NCBI GenBank assembly: GCA_003693705.1
Contig: RBZT01000781.1
Span: 62,001 to 126,000, forward strand
From: Polymyxa betae A26-41
Taxonomy: Eukaryota; Protista; Endomyxa: Phytomyxea
Reading direction: 5' to 3'
Length of the DNA: 64,000 nucleotides
Shown: piece by piece, positions 11,119 through 23,567 of the stretch
Numbering within the stretch: the stretch's first letter is position 1
How the letters are laid out: each line of letters starts with the position of its first letter
Notes under the pieces: generated by a model
Told to the model about the DNA's origin: nothing
The model's database searches: none
Seen by the model: only the letters and a program-made list of their open reading frames with translations
Translations under genes and position numbers: made by a program

Positions 11119-11565
11119 ATGCAGAGAGACCTTGAATCGGCTGAGGATCGCACCGTAGTATTGTCGCGCGACAAAGCCCTGGTCCATTCTAGAATTAGCC
11201 AGCTAGAGAAAAAGGTGCTGGATTTATCCGATGTAGCTGCGTGCTGCTGATTTCTTATAGCTTGCTGCACAAAAAGTCGCCGTCTATGAAACAGAAACTG
11301 CAGTAAAACGACAACAAGTATCTATCGTTATTGGGAAGTATACTTTCAGATCCTAACTTCTTTGTTCTAGAATGTTTACGTCCGACGTAGAAACATTTTC
11401 TTCAGAACTAAATCCGAGGCAGCCGCTGTGCAGCAACAAAAAGGTACTTTGTTTCACCAATGACAATCTTTTCGCGTGACGAAGATCTCAGCGGTTTCTG
11501 ACAAGCTGGAAGAGCGATTAGGAAATTTGCAAGAAAGTGTGAAAGCCATGGATCACTTCAGCTAA
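11119..11565 (+). CDS. 99-aa beta-prefoldin-like microprotein (ASDURF-like), 4 exons
   Basis: Exons 11119-11214, 11261-11317, 11371-11443, 11492-11565; three GT-AG introns (46, 53, 48 nt) keep the frame; helix - VYVRRRNIFF hairpin - helix layout. Confidence 0.78.
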
Positions 11566-11619
11566 AACATACAATCGTTTCTCTTAATCTATATTATTAT
11601 ATATATATAATTATTGAAC

Positions 11620-13330
11620 CTAGTAATTCGTAATCGTTTCGAAAGTGTCAAATACACCAGGACCTGAAGAATCTGTCCTGCAAACACCAGCGCCTCCAGA
11701 GCAGGAAAAGTAGCAGTCTGTCGTGAGGACGAACTTTTTCTCAATATTGGAACGGAATTCTTGCAGAAATACGAACAAGACTGATACAAGCCGCATTGGA
11801 TAAGAATCCAAATCAAAACGAATCAAGATCGAGGAATCCGATGGGAGTGACTTCACTTCCGTAAACAGCTTGTCGAGGTTGAGTCCCACGTCTCCATCGA
11901 CGTTCCAGGTCGCGATTTTGAATCCATGGCTGGTCACTTCCCGGGCACGACCATTGTCGAATTCACCAAAAGGTGGTCTGAGCTGATTGAAGTCAGTCAT
12001 GTTTGCGGCTCCAACGCATTGCTCCAGCCAATCCCTTGATTCGGTGAGTTGGAAGTCAATCTGCTGGGCGGTCATCGCTTTCATTGATTCGCCATTCCAG
12101 CCGCCCAGTTGAATGGCGTGGCCGCGTTCCATAGCAAGCTTGACTTGGTTGCACGACTCAGATGAGCATAGACCTGGACGAATGAAGAACGTCGCCGGTA
12201 TATGTGCTGAATCGAGCTCTGCCAAGACTTCAGCAGTTGGCCAGCCATCAAATGTCACCGCAATGAGATTGGGATGCTTGCCGCAGTAATTGAAAGCGTT
12301 TAGGCCGCTAGAACCTTCAGCTAAGGTGCAATGTGCACCTGTCCATCCAACATCGCAGCGATCACAATTGTCTCCAACAACGTGATTGTTGATACAAGTG
12401 CATTGACCAGTGCCATTTACACCATCGTTACAAATTCCCCATTCTTTCTTGCAAGTACAGACTTGAAGGCAATCGGGTCCATAGCGTCCAGGAAGACATT
12501 CATGGCAATTACCGGCAAATCCTTCAGGGCAAATGCACTGCCCATCGCCATTGATTCCATCATTGCAAACTCCACGACCGCAATCACCACACTCAAACTC
12601 ACAACGAGTGCCATAGCGACCTGTAAGCACATTGAGCCCAGATCACACCACATATATAAACACCAACCTGCTACACAATCAGCACAATCCGGGCCTTTGA
12701 AGCCATCCGGGCACGTGTTGTCATCGTTGTCCACAATAATATCCACATGTTGCTGTGACTCGACTACGACTATTTCGAGGTCTGAACCACATCGGACATC
12801 GTGAGGGCTGGTGCAGTGCTGGAAAAGGATTTCCTCAGTTGACACGTCTTTGATGGAGTAGAATAAAGCGATGTTGAGGTTAATCGCCACTTTGAATGCC
12901 ATTTTAGCATCCTCAAGGGCCGAAGCGCCTTCGATATATATCCCGCCTTCCATAGTTTTGCTGATATAAGAGCTTGGCTGAGCTTTTTGGATTGCCTCAA
13001 GGATGCTTTTCAGCTGTTCGTCTTCAAGAGCTGGATCGAAAGAGACCAAATATTTCGGTGTCGAATAATGAGCAGAGGCATTCTTGGCTGATCTCGCCGA
13101 CAAATTTTTGGCGAGCAGGACAGCACCGATGACCACTGCTGAAACTACCAATGTTGCAACGACCGTCACAATGATAAACTGATCAGTGCATCAGACAAAT
13201 GCAGAGCGGAACAGCAATTGCGGCGAACCTTTTGACGCCGACTGTGTCCATTAACCTCTGAGCTGTGAACAATAACGACTGGGTCGGCATGGAAGCCTAC
13301 GGAATCGCGAGGCGATCTTATGTTGATCAT
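11620..13330 (-). CDS. Type II membrane protein with EGF/laminin-EGF-like repeats and a degenerate NodB/CE4 polysaccharide deacetylase domain
   Basis: Signal anchor FIIVTVVATLVVSAVVIGAVLL; repeats CNDGINGDGQCIC and CNDGVNGTGQCTC; CE4-like IAVTFDGWP, ATFF, RPPFG, WNVD; introns near 13179-13228 and 12622-12668. Confidence 0.82.
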
Positions 13331-13680
13331 TTCGTGCGAACCGTCGTCTCCTGTTCGTTCAAAATCTGATGCAGTGATAATCACACTAAATTCTGTATGG
13401 AAGGGAATAGGGAAGGCAGCCACAATAGTGCCTGGCAGAAGACCAATCTGGAATAGTTCAGGGGGCCCCCAACAACTGTTTGACACATGGGATCACGATC
13501 GTCACAGACTCTGTCTGATTCTAGATAGAGTGACACCCTGATAGTACACGTATGGCGGCCCAGGAGACCAGCCCAGGCACCCCATTCGCTTCCCAGCCTG
13601 ATGTTACAGTACGAGAAATTCCATCGCTGCGGGCGTGCTCGGGGCCTTCACGGACCGCAGTTTCCTGCCAGCTCGCGACG

Positions 13681-14913
13681 ATGTCGGTGAACCAAGGGCG
13701 CCCAATGGCCCCTGGACGTGGCGCTCCGATGCGGCCACGTTCTGCTCAGTTCGGTGTCGGCCGGGTACCACCATCACCACAGACATGGCGACCCGCGCCG
13801 TCGGCTCCCTCTTCGTTCCATCACCAGATGCCGACGTATCATCAGGTTAGTTAAGGCGATTCTATAAAATTGACTTTGGATCGATTTGTTTATTTTCCAC
13901 TATTGCATACAACGCGACCAGATTGATCAGTCCCTATAGGGATATCAACAACAGGCGCCTGGCGATCAATATGGATATCAAGCTGACTATCAATATCATC
14001 AACAACAGCCATTTCAGCCTCAGCAATCCTCGTCTTTCGTGCAGGCAGCGCCGGCTCTGGCTGCCTTTTCTCAGTTTCCTCAGAACGAAGCCGTACAACA
14101 AGCTGTTTTAAATCTGGCTAAAGACCAAATGGGAAACATGTCTTGGCTCTCTATGAATCGCTTTCGCTATTATTTCCATGTGAACAACTCCTATGTCGTC
14201 AAGAAATTGCAAATTATTCTTCTTCCCTACTTGCAGAAAGTATGCATTTCCTTTAATCTTTTGCTGCATGAGCTCGACTAATTTTTTCATTAGCGCTGGT
14301 CAAGGGAACGTAACAGTCACGAAGGCGAAGGAAACGCATTTCTTCCACCCAGCGCTGATGTCAATGCACCTGATCTTTACATTCCATTAATGGCGTTCGT
14401 GACCTACATTCTGATGATGGGTTTTGTTTTGGGGATGAGCAAAGCGTTCACGCCTGAAATCTTGGGGGCTACCGCCACTTGGGCATTGGCGATTTTGATA
14501 CTGGAAGTTTTCCTACTCAGGGTTGGATTTGCTGTTGTTGGAAGCAATGCAAGCGTCGTGGCACCGCCTTTGCTTGATTTGATTGCCTATTCTTCGTACA
14601 AGTTCGTCATATTAGTTGTCGATCTTGCTGTATGGGCACTTTCTTATCATAATTCCACATTGTATTGGGTTATATCGATTTTTACTGGTATATCAATGAC
14701 AGTATTCATGGTACGAATCAAGACATTATGATAGACTTATGTCATTGAATTGTTAACCAGGCTCGAACTTTACAAAGGGCTTTCGTGCCCCGAGTCGATG
14801 GGTCATTCGGTATGGATGATGGCAATAAATCGACCAGACAGCTGTTCTTGATTGCGGTCGGTGTCTGCCAAATCCCATTGTGTGTAGTCCTGGGTCGTTC
14901 AGTCGCTCGCTGA
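13681..14913 (+). CDS. YIF1: YIF1 (Yip1-interacting factor) ER-Golgi membrane protein; start may be 13552
   Basis: RYYFHVNNSYVVKKLQIILLPY, DVNAPDLYIPLMAFVTYIL and LDLIAYSSYKFV; several introns. Confidence 0.92.
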
Positions 14914-14961
14914 TGAAAGGTATGATAAATTTTAGTTATAAATACAGTAGATATATTATCG

Positions 14962-16033
14962 CTAAGGAGCGCTTGCTGGAGCTTGACTCTGTGCTTTTCG
15001 TTTGAGGTATCGTTCACGGGCGGCTGCTGCTAATTCCTCTTTAGACGGTTTAGGTGGTGATGGGGCCCTTGCCTCAGATTCAGGCTTCACGTCAGAATCC
15101 ACAGCCGTAGATTCTTGAACAGATTCTTTACTTTTGCTTTCAGTTTTCGAGGGCTCTTGTTCGCGTCCTCTTTTCGTACCAATTGTGGGAGACTTTCTAG
15201 ATTCTGGTTGAGTTAAAGAGTTTGTTAAATTTTCGGATCTCGGTTCAGATAGATCCTTTTCCACAGACTTCTCTTCGACTTTCGCTACCTTGTCGGCGAT
15301 CACTGGTCCTTGATTTTCAACAACAGCTGCCGGCTGGCTTGACAATCGAGCAGCTTCTGGCTCGAGAGATGTCGGAGATGCAGGCGGCTCATTAAGAAGA
15401 TGAGAGAGAAATCCTCCAGCCATGCCAGCAATTGTCGGGCCTTTATTACGCCTATCGATGAGATCTTGCTGCGTTTGCCAGGCCTTATCTTTGATCATCT
15501 GGTTTTTATAACCGGAAGTAATGAATGCTTCTGTTTGCGAAAATTTCTCATCCTCAACAATGCGTTCCTTAACGATGTTTCTTTGGTAAATAACGGCTTG
15601 TTCTCGGTTACGTTCTTCGACTCGTTTAGCAACTTTATCGAAATATTTCGGCTTACTGCAAATCAGCAAAACTTTAAATCGCATGGTCATTCTGTTTACC
15701 TTACGATCGGCATCTGCACTTAACTTGGCAGCAATCTGGCCCCGTTTCTTTTCAGCCATAGACTCATAGACATCGTCATAGGCATAAACATTAGGATCCT
15801 CGGCGAGAAGCTTCACCTTCTCTTGCTCGGCCTAGACAAATGAAAACTTGCACTATAAAAATGAGAGAGTACACTGGAACCTTCTGCTTTTGTCGTTCGC
15901 TTTGCGTGGCGATCTGGGACGCGATCGTATGTTCGGGTTCGTCTTTAGGCTTTAACTGGTCAAAAACGTTAACAGCTGCAGTCGGTTTGTTGGACTTCTT
16001 TGTATTGAGGTTCAATCCATACTTGAGGATCAT
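14962..16033 (-). CDS. NSRP1: Nuclear speckle splicing regulatory protein 1 (CCDC55/DUF2040)
   Basis: LKYGL N-terminus, LAEDPNVYAYDDVYESM, AFITSGYK and C-terminal AAARERYLKRK. Confidence 0.88.
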
Positions 16034-16767
16034 GGTTTAAAGCCAGCGGACTTTGCCAGCGATTCTCAGAGGCGAAAACCCGCCCTGTGAATAGCAATGA
16101 CTCGGGCTCAAATCGAATTAGATCGGAGTTCGAAGTTTTCGTAAAAGTGCGAAAAAAATTGCTGCTTTGGCGCGTTTGACTTCCCAAATATCCGTTCATC
16201 GCTAAGTACAAACTTTACCAGTCTGCCTTACCTAAGTGACTGCTGAGTTAGACTTCCAAAAATGCGAATTTTTACAAGCTTCATCGTTTTGACGGCCGAG
16301 GCAATCATCAATTAAGCTGAAAAAAAAAAAGCCACTCTATGAACCAAGCAGCCGAACTCAAGCAGGCAGATTGTCTCCCCATAGTACGATTACGAATAAT
16401 TGAATAAATTTAACGTTAATTTTTATTTGTTTGCAAAAGCGATAGCCTTTAATTTTTCAAGATGCTGCATTTGAAAGACAATCTAAGAAAACATGGCCTC
16501 TATTTCTTCATCAGCTAGCAAATCGAACCCTATTCTAGATCGTTTTCAAGCCGGCTATCCATCACAGCCTCATACTCATTGAGAATTCCAGAAGCCAGCA
16601 AAAGATATGTAGTGTGGAACAGGATGGTCAAAGCTGTGACTAAAACCCCTTGCTAACAGTGAACTTTTGTATTATTTATCGACCGGATGAATCAACCACC
16701 GACTACGCTTAATGTTCGATCGCTACCTCATATCTTCACTTGTAGATTTCTTCGTACTTGACGATCG

Positions 16768-17321
16768 ATGCTTCCCGAATGCCAGACTGTCGTCCGATGG
16801 TGGGGATCTCGCCTTCGGTCCCTGGACAGCGTAGACAAAGCCACCGCAGACTCCTTCGAGACCAGTCTGCTTAGCGAGCTGCTCTCCCGCTTCGACGGCC
16901 ATTGGCACGTCAGTAATGCTGAGAGAGGCAGTGCATACAGGTACTGATTGCTGCTTTTAAGCTCTAAAGCCTTTCTAATTAGCTTAGATCTATCGCCAAT
17001 GATTCCACCCGACTCGATCCGGTTCTGCAAACAGCTGCAATTCGGAGTGGTCTTAGAAGGTCAATTTTACATCAACTGCTATCGTCGATGCCATCTTGCA
17101 TCATGTTCTGCAATCCTGGACAAGTTCGCCTACGATATAATGGCGGCATCGTCACTGATATTTATTCACTGCCTCCATCGCTCGCATTGACAACGGGACC
17201 GGTAGTCGCGCCTCAGTCCTCATCTAATTCAAAGTCGGCGCCGAAACCCATCATATCATGCAAGAGGCAAGCCAGACACAAGCCTAACAGCAGCTTTATG
17301 CTATCACCGTTCTTACATTAA
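16768..17321 (+). CDS. BTG/Tob (APRO) domain protein, about 168 aa, 2 exons
   Basis: Exons 16768-16940 and 16988-17321 give MLPECQTVVRWWGSRL...FETSLLSELLSRFDGHWHVSNAERGSAYRSI...DPVL (box A) and MPSCIMFCNPGQVRLRY (box B-like). Confidence 0.8.
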
Positions 17322-18602
17322 ATTGTGAAGTAACTGTATCTATTATCTCAATCCTGATCGTCTTCTTAAGGTGTGAGCTTGCCACTGCTTTGCTGTCAGT
17401 TATTACGCCTCTTATCTCATTATCATTTGGAGCATCTCAGCTGTGTGCGTATGGATTTGTAGCATCATCGAAAGTAGAAATCAAATCCCAGTTGCAATTT
17501 GCCTTCGGCGCACTGTTTAGGGTGTGATGACCCCAAGTGTCCCCCACGCCCCCAACGTACTACAGTATCACATTTCACATTTGACATTGATGATTCTACT
17601 TCGTTGTCTTTATTGAATTCTAAAATTGCCCGAGTTTGTTGAAGTTGGCCACTCGATGTCGGTCCATCCATTTGTAACTAACAAGCTGGAGCACGTCAAC
17701 TGCCGTCCAGGCAGCATTCGTCTTTCGAAATCTCGCAGATTGAAAGAAAGTAAGACCAAATTACTGAGGCGGTCGCCTTTATGTTGTGCTGGGGTCTTGC
17801 CAGCTCATAGTCTGATCGTCCAGCTGCGCTGACTACAATGAAGCTGTCGAATTTGAACGGATACCTATTCTCTGGAGACTGCCATAAAGCAATTGAATCA
17901 ATGCCTTGTATCACCAGTGAGCCAGGATGTTCGAAGTGGCATTGCCTTTTGCAGTCAGAGGTACTCCTCACCAAATGAATTCATTCACATTTGTCAGCAC
18001 TTATAAATCTGTTCTGTTTGCATCGTTCAAACATTGACAACGCCAGCAGATGCAGACATGCAGAACAGAATGCCTTCGCTCTGTTTATGAGATCGATGAC
18101 ATCGCCCGATCTGAAGTGAGGATCAAGACGAACAGGGTGAAACAAATTTTGTATGCAGGAAAGAGCTGCTGCTTCGAAAGAACAATGTTTCTCTAATAAC
18201 TCTGTTCGTCTCTGTAAAAACCGCTCTCGTTTTACCCATTGCTTGAAATCAAACCCGATTCACTATGAACCGGAATTGCAAGGTCGGTTATCGGCTGGTG
18301 TCGAGCTTTGCCAACAGATCTTAACGGAAACGAAAGTCTGTGTATCTGAGCAAACGAATTACATTACTGGAGACGGATAGCGTTTGTTGTTTGTCGCTGA
18401 GGATGGAGTCGATGACAATCCCTCAAGGGCTGTTTTTATAATACAATCAAAACGTTCCAGGTGATGATGGGTTGAAAGGATGCTTCCTCCTGTTGAACGT
18501 TTTCGAGAATATCAGTTTGCGAAGTCAACATCGCCAAGACGTATGCGATCCCATAATAAGCGATCAATTTATAAACGAATTAAACACGTCTTATCAATAA
18601 AA

Positions 18603-19856
18603 TTATTGAGATCTCTTTACTGGCTTCCGCTCTGGGTGAATATTAATGATCGAGATACTGACCGGCCCCAATGCTTCTTGTCGATAGAGCACGACTACTC
18701 GTGGAACTGGTTTCCGATCAACTTCATACAGCCAGGCTTTATTCGACACGAAATCAGCGACCCCAATCAACGCATGTTTATTTGAAGCTGCTGATGAGAT
18801 CACGACGCTTTCGCAGCAAAGTGTGTTTCTGCAATAAGGATACGACATCATCGGGTTGGGATATACAGCCTCGCCGTTGAACCATAGGTCGCCGTGCTCA
18901 CCCGTAATTGGGTCAATATACCAGATTGTTGATTCATACCAATCGTATATTAAACCGGAGCTGGACATTCGCAAATCGACAGGCGAACATACAGTATCAC
19001 AATATTGCAGCCAGAGAAGACTGCCATCGTTAGCATTGTAAACTTTGATGGCGATGTTTCCAATAGCGATCGTACAATGCATCTCCATAATGACATGCTT
19101 CCGAAGCTGGAACTCCGAATCAAAGGCACTGCCGTCGTGCCGATGGCTCCATAAACACGAACATTGGCATTGGTTATCTTCGCCAGGAGCTATTCGATAG
19201 ACAGCAGCGTACAGATGAGAGACGAATAAGAGCTTATCGCCCCAGAAACATCTTACGTATCTCGGAATAATATTGTCAACATTCGATGAGACCTTTATAG
19301 GGGTTGGGATCGTCCCGGGACATGCATTGTTGGCAATTTGCTTCGGGCAAAAAAACGAAATCGCTCGATTCAGGCGGACACACAGCAACCTGCTCTGTCC
19401 AGGATCCAGAGGCGAATTGAGTATTCGTTGGAATTCGATTGGGTAGGTTCCGATGAAGTTCCCATTCGGATCTATCAGACTGAAGCTTGACGGCCTCATA
19501 GTCAAGAAATAATCGCCAACCATCAGAACCAAATCTTTCGTCTCGCAGCCGGGAACCAGAACGCATCCGAGGCGATAAGAACCAGACGGAATCTCCGGCA
19601 TCGGTTCGGTGTACGACATTCGGACGAATCTCGGCAGCCTATCTGAACGAATCGAGATTCGGTGTCGAAACCCAAGCTTCCAATCGGCGGGTGGACGAAC
19701 CGGATTCACTAATCTCGATAAACGATGAGAAATGGTCGCCGTCCGGATTCGGTCGCGAAAGGCGCGCGACACCGATTCGCAGACCAGAATGCCGCTAGGG
19801 CCCAGAAATTCGAGGATGCGGGCCATCGCCTCCTCGGATTCCAGGGACGTCAGCAT
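18603..19856 (-). CDS. F-box-like protein with beta-rich C-terminus, intronless
   Basis: LTSLESEEAMARILEFLGPSGILVCESVSRAFR matches the F-box pattern. Confidence 0.7.
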   Translation of the reverse strand: MLTSLESEEAMARILEFLGPSGILVCESVSRAFRDRIRTATISHRLSRLVNPVRPPADWKLGFRHRISIRSDRLPRFVRMSYTEPMPEIPSGSYRLGCVLVPGCETKDLVLMVGDYFLTMRPSSFSLIDPNGNFIGTYPIEFQRILNSPLDPGQSRLLCVRLNRAISFFCPKQIANNACPGTIPTPIKVSSNVDNIIPRYVRCFWGDKLLFVSHLYAAVYRIAPGEDNQCQCSCLWSHRHDGSAFDSEFQLRKHVIMEMHCTIAIGNIAIKVYNANDGSLLWLQYCDTVCSPVDLRMSSSGLIYDWYESTIWYIDPITGEHGDLWFNGEAVYPNPMMSYPYCRNTLCCESVVISSAASNKHALIGVADFVSNKAWLYEVDRKPVPRVVVLYRQEALGPVSISIINIHPERKPVKRSQ

Positions 19857-20445
19857 TGGATGATTTCCGGCAACCGATGACGACGACACCGTCACAGCGG
19901 CGGCTGCGGCAATCTGTCATTTATCTGTTGTCCGAGATTTGTTCGTTCTTGTATTGCATCTGCCAAGGCAATTAATATGCAAAGAAGTCTTTCTTCCCTC
20001 CAATCCAATTTATTCTTGAATGTGATCGGTTTTTGTTCAAATCAATGCTCATCGAATAGTTTTTATTCATTCTTCTCGATTTGTTTTGCTGCCTAAACAA
20101 ACATGTTGATGTATTATTTTGTCAAAGCTCTGGCAGAATATGAAAAGGGTCATCTTCCGAACCAGAATCGTTGGAACTGCACTAACAGCAAGAATTCACA
20201 GGTTTCCAGATTTTATCAGGAAAAGCAGTCGTCGTCTCCAACGAAACTTCTTCTTGCTCGTACAGCAACGAACTTCCGTGTTATCCTGTGTTAAACATAG
20301 ATCTTACTCGAGCGAATTCTCTATCAGCATCACTTTAGCACGAAGTTTATGTTTCATCCACTGCTATTTACAGTCTGACTTTCAGATTTTTTTTTTTTGA
20401 CAAAAACGGCCTGTTTCAGGCCCGTTTTTATTGCCTTCAGTATCG

Positions 20446-22585
20446 ATGCTTTATGTTGAAGTGCGTCCCATTGCCACTATAGATCTGCAGGATCTACAAC
20501 AGATCCGCTCGCCATTTCATCCCTATCTGAATCGGGCGACAAGGCGGCGGGACGATAACAATGCTAATCTGCATCTCAGTCGCTATCAAGATGCTGAACA
20601 CCATTACCGGCAGCGCCTGGGCCAGATCCTCTTTCTGCCTAATTCCATTACGAATCGCCTCCAGCAGCGAATCGTTGAGGCTAATGCCCTTATGTCGAAA
20701 TCACCCCCAATAGGGACGTTTTGTTCGCGACATTCTGATGCAATTGTCATCCGAACAATTCTCACCGAAGGTTCAATAATTCATTACACTATCGATTCGA
20801 AGTCTGGCGAGCTGCTGCGCTGTGTCTTAGACAAATCTGTCACATCAGTTGTCGGAAAGATCGTCGTTTCGTCGTTTCTCAGCAACCCAAACGGTGTATT
20901 TTTCGGCTTGCAAAATCCGTCTAAAATTTTGGCATTGCCATTTCGTGTTGCCTCCCAAACCGTACGTCTTCATGGTCTGCATGATGTCGTTTTGAGATTC
21001 TGACAGGAACCTGTTTACAATTTAATGCATTTGGCTTCAGGCCATGGCTGGGTTGATAATTTCGATCGTCAGCCATTGACAATGGATATCGATGCCGATG
21101 GGAGGTTTCTGTGTGTTGGATATCGACACCGCATTGGTTTCGTATCGCTTGGTAACTCGAAGCTTCAGTCCAATTCTGCTGAGATTCAGCGCAAATCCAT
21201 CTCTCGCCGCTCGTTAGTGATTCGCAGCCAAGCATCTGACAGTACTGTGTCAGTACGGAAACATTCAGAGATTCCCCTGGGCCATACCAACCAACTGATC
21301 GCTTGCTTTTGGTTAAAATCTGCTGCCAGGACGGTGTTGGTCATTTCTCAAGAGAAGATCAACTCATCAACATATCGATTGCTGGTCGCCACCTATCAAC
21401 TGAACGAGAGCTCGGAGCTCCACCGTCCCTTGAACAATCTCCATATCGATATTGCACATGCTGTTAGCTGTACTGCACTTGACAATTGTCATGGAAGGCT
21501 ATCAGTCTTATTAGACGATAGCACTGCTGTGTTGATTGATTTAGTCACAATGTCCTGCATCTATCAGGTGCCCTGTCATAGTGAAAATCGTCTCATTGCT
21601 AAAGCGATTATAGGTGAAATTAGCGAGTCGTGCTAGGCCTTCAGCTATAGTCTGGCATCCGGACGATGCAATTCTGGCGGTTGCGTTCACCGACGGCGAG
21701 ATCAAGGCATTCGATTCCGCATTTCAAGACTTACCATTTATATCTGGAAAGATCCTGTTGAACGTTGTCCTTGGCGTTCATAGTCATGCAACGCATCTGG
21801 CCTGGATGAACAATTTGCTGGTTGCCGTTGCAGATCGAGGCCCGCTTTTTACGCTTCGAATCATTCCCGGGTTGCGTCATCAAGGTGGAATCACCGACCA
21901 AATTCTGCTCCAGGAACGGCTTCGACTGTTGCAGTTTGATGAAGCAGCTGCAGTCATATCATTGTCTCGAAATGTCACTTTTCGATTGGAGGCATTCATG
22001 GCTATGGTTCAGGTCTTGCTATGTCTCGATGACACAGTTGTAATCCAGCAGTTGATTCCATCTGATCGTCTGTCTTTGTGTTTTCGAGAAATCTGGCCTT
22101 TATGTAAAGGTACCAGTTATGCAGAACACGTCCGATGTTTGTATCAGCGTTTCATTCTCCGCTTAATCAGCACAAAGCAGATCGAATCGGCTTTCTACCA
22201 TGCTGAGCAAATTGATGATGAGATCTTATTCATGGATTTGTATTCGTCAGCAAAGCGATTACGCCACGACGTGATCGCGCGTCTTGCATATAAAAGATGT
22301 CATGCACTACATTTCACAAATGGTCCACCAAGTGAAAACAAAGCTGAACTAATCAATATCGATATCTCCTCTTTCAGTGAAATGATGAAATTAACCGACT
22401 GGCAATGCCATCAGTTTGAAGAGAAAAATCGTGCCCGTCTGCTAGGAGTTGCTCTCATCAAAGCCCATCGCTATCAAGATGCTGAGCAATTGTACCGGAA
22501 GTTTTTTCTTGAAAGTGAATTGAAATCTATGCAAAGTTTTCGTGCAGCGATTCAGCAGACGCAACTACCGGTAGACCTGTTTTGA
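20446..22585 (+). CDS. WDPCP: WDPCP/Fritz ciliogenesis (CPLANE) protein
   Basis: WHPDDAILAVAFTDGEIKAFDSA and YQRFILRLI...AFYHAEQIDDEILFMDL match Fritz motifs; three ORFs joined by introns. Confidence 0.8.
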
Positions 22586-23567
22586 TGCTGGTAATAATCT
22601 TTCGGTGGGCCAAGTCGAATGATGGAAGACAGCAATTTCCGGGTAGAAATTCGCTTCAGCGGTCATGTTGACAAGTGCGCGTCTTCCTTGGGGTTTGAAT
22701 CCCTCGTGATTCTACATCTATTAGTTCATCTGCAAACCCAATACAAAAGGCGACGTCTAAATCAACATAAAACTAATTGTATCTACATAAATAATTCTAA
22801 TTGATGTATCGGGCCACAGTTTAACACATGATTAGAAATTAAAGCGGATTAAGGAATCTCATTCTCACGGCAATAGTGACAGAGAAATGTTTCACAATCC
22901 AGATGATATAAACGCTCAAGCTAGGTAGCAGCGACGAAGATGGGCCTCAATCAACTGATCTAGACCTAGTGATGGTGAAAACGAAGGGCCTGCCATATAA
23001 GCGAATCCGTGAAAAACTGCAGTAACCACTAACCAAGATTATCACAAGCTATTTCCAATGTAGAATTCAAACCGAGCAGCTAATGGAATCGATAAGAGAA
23101 ACAGAAGCGAGGAACATGGAAGATAAGTCCTTTCAACGACCAAACGTGAAAGCCATCCCGATGTCACTTGCCGCTAGCGGAGATGGGCGGCATCGTCGCG
23201 TTGTGGCATGTCAAGCCCTTAAGGGCTTTTCTCTTTCCCTCTGATTCTCCTTAATGACCATAATGATAATGCAAAATAAAAATCAGCATCTTAATTCCGG
23301 AATGACAGATTTGATGCAGGATTGAAGCTACTTGTAGACTGTAGCCTGCCTAGCTAGCTCACCCAACCAAAAGAAAGTCATTTATGCTGCGATGCTATGC
23401 TGGGATGGGGCGTTGGGGCACCCAAGGCGACCCGATAAGTTCAGAGGAGCAAGCTGGGAAAGGAGACGTCGCCCCGTTAGTAGGCAAATTTAGTCTTAGC
23501 GCGGCAGGCTAACGCAGTTCATTTAAGAACACTCGAACATCACCTTTGGTGGCTGAAGGCCTGGTTC

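Noticed and set aside
23213-23228. Perfect 16-bp palindrome AAGCCCTTAAGGGCTT
   Set aside because: Isolated, with no second copy or clear gene association; possible by chance in 64 kb.
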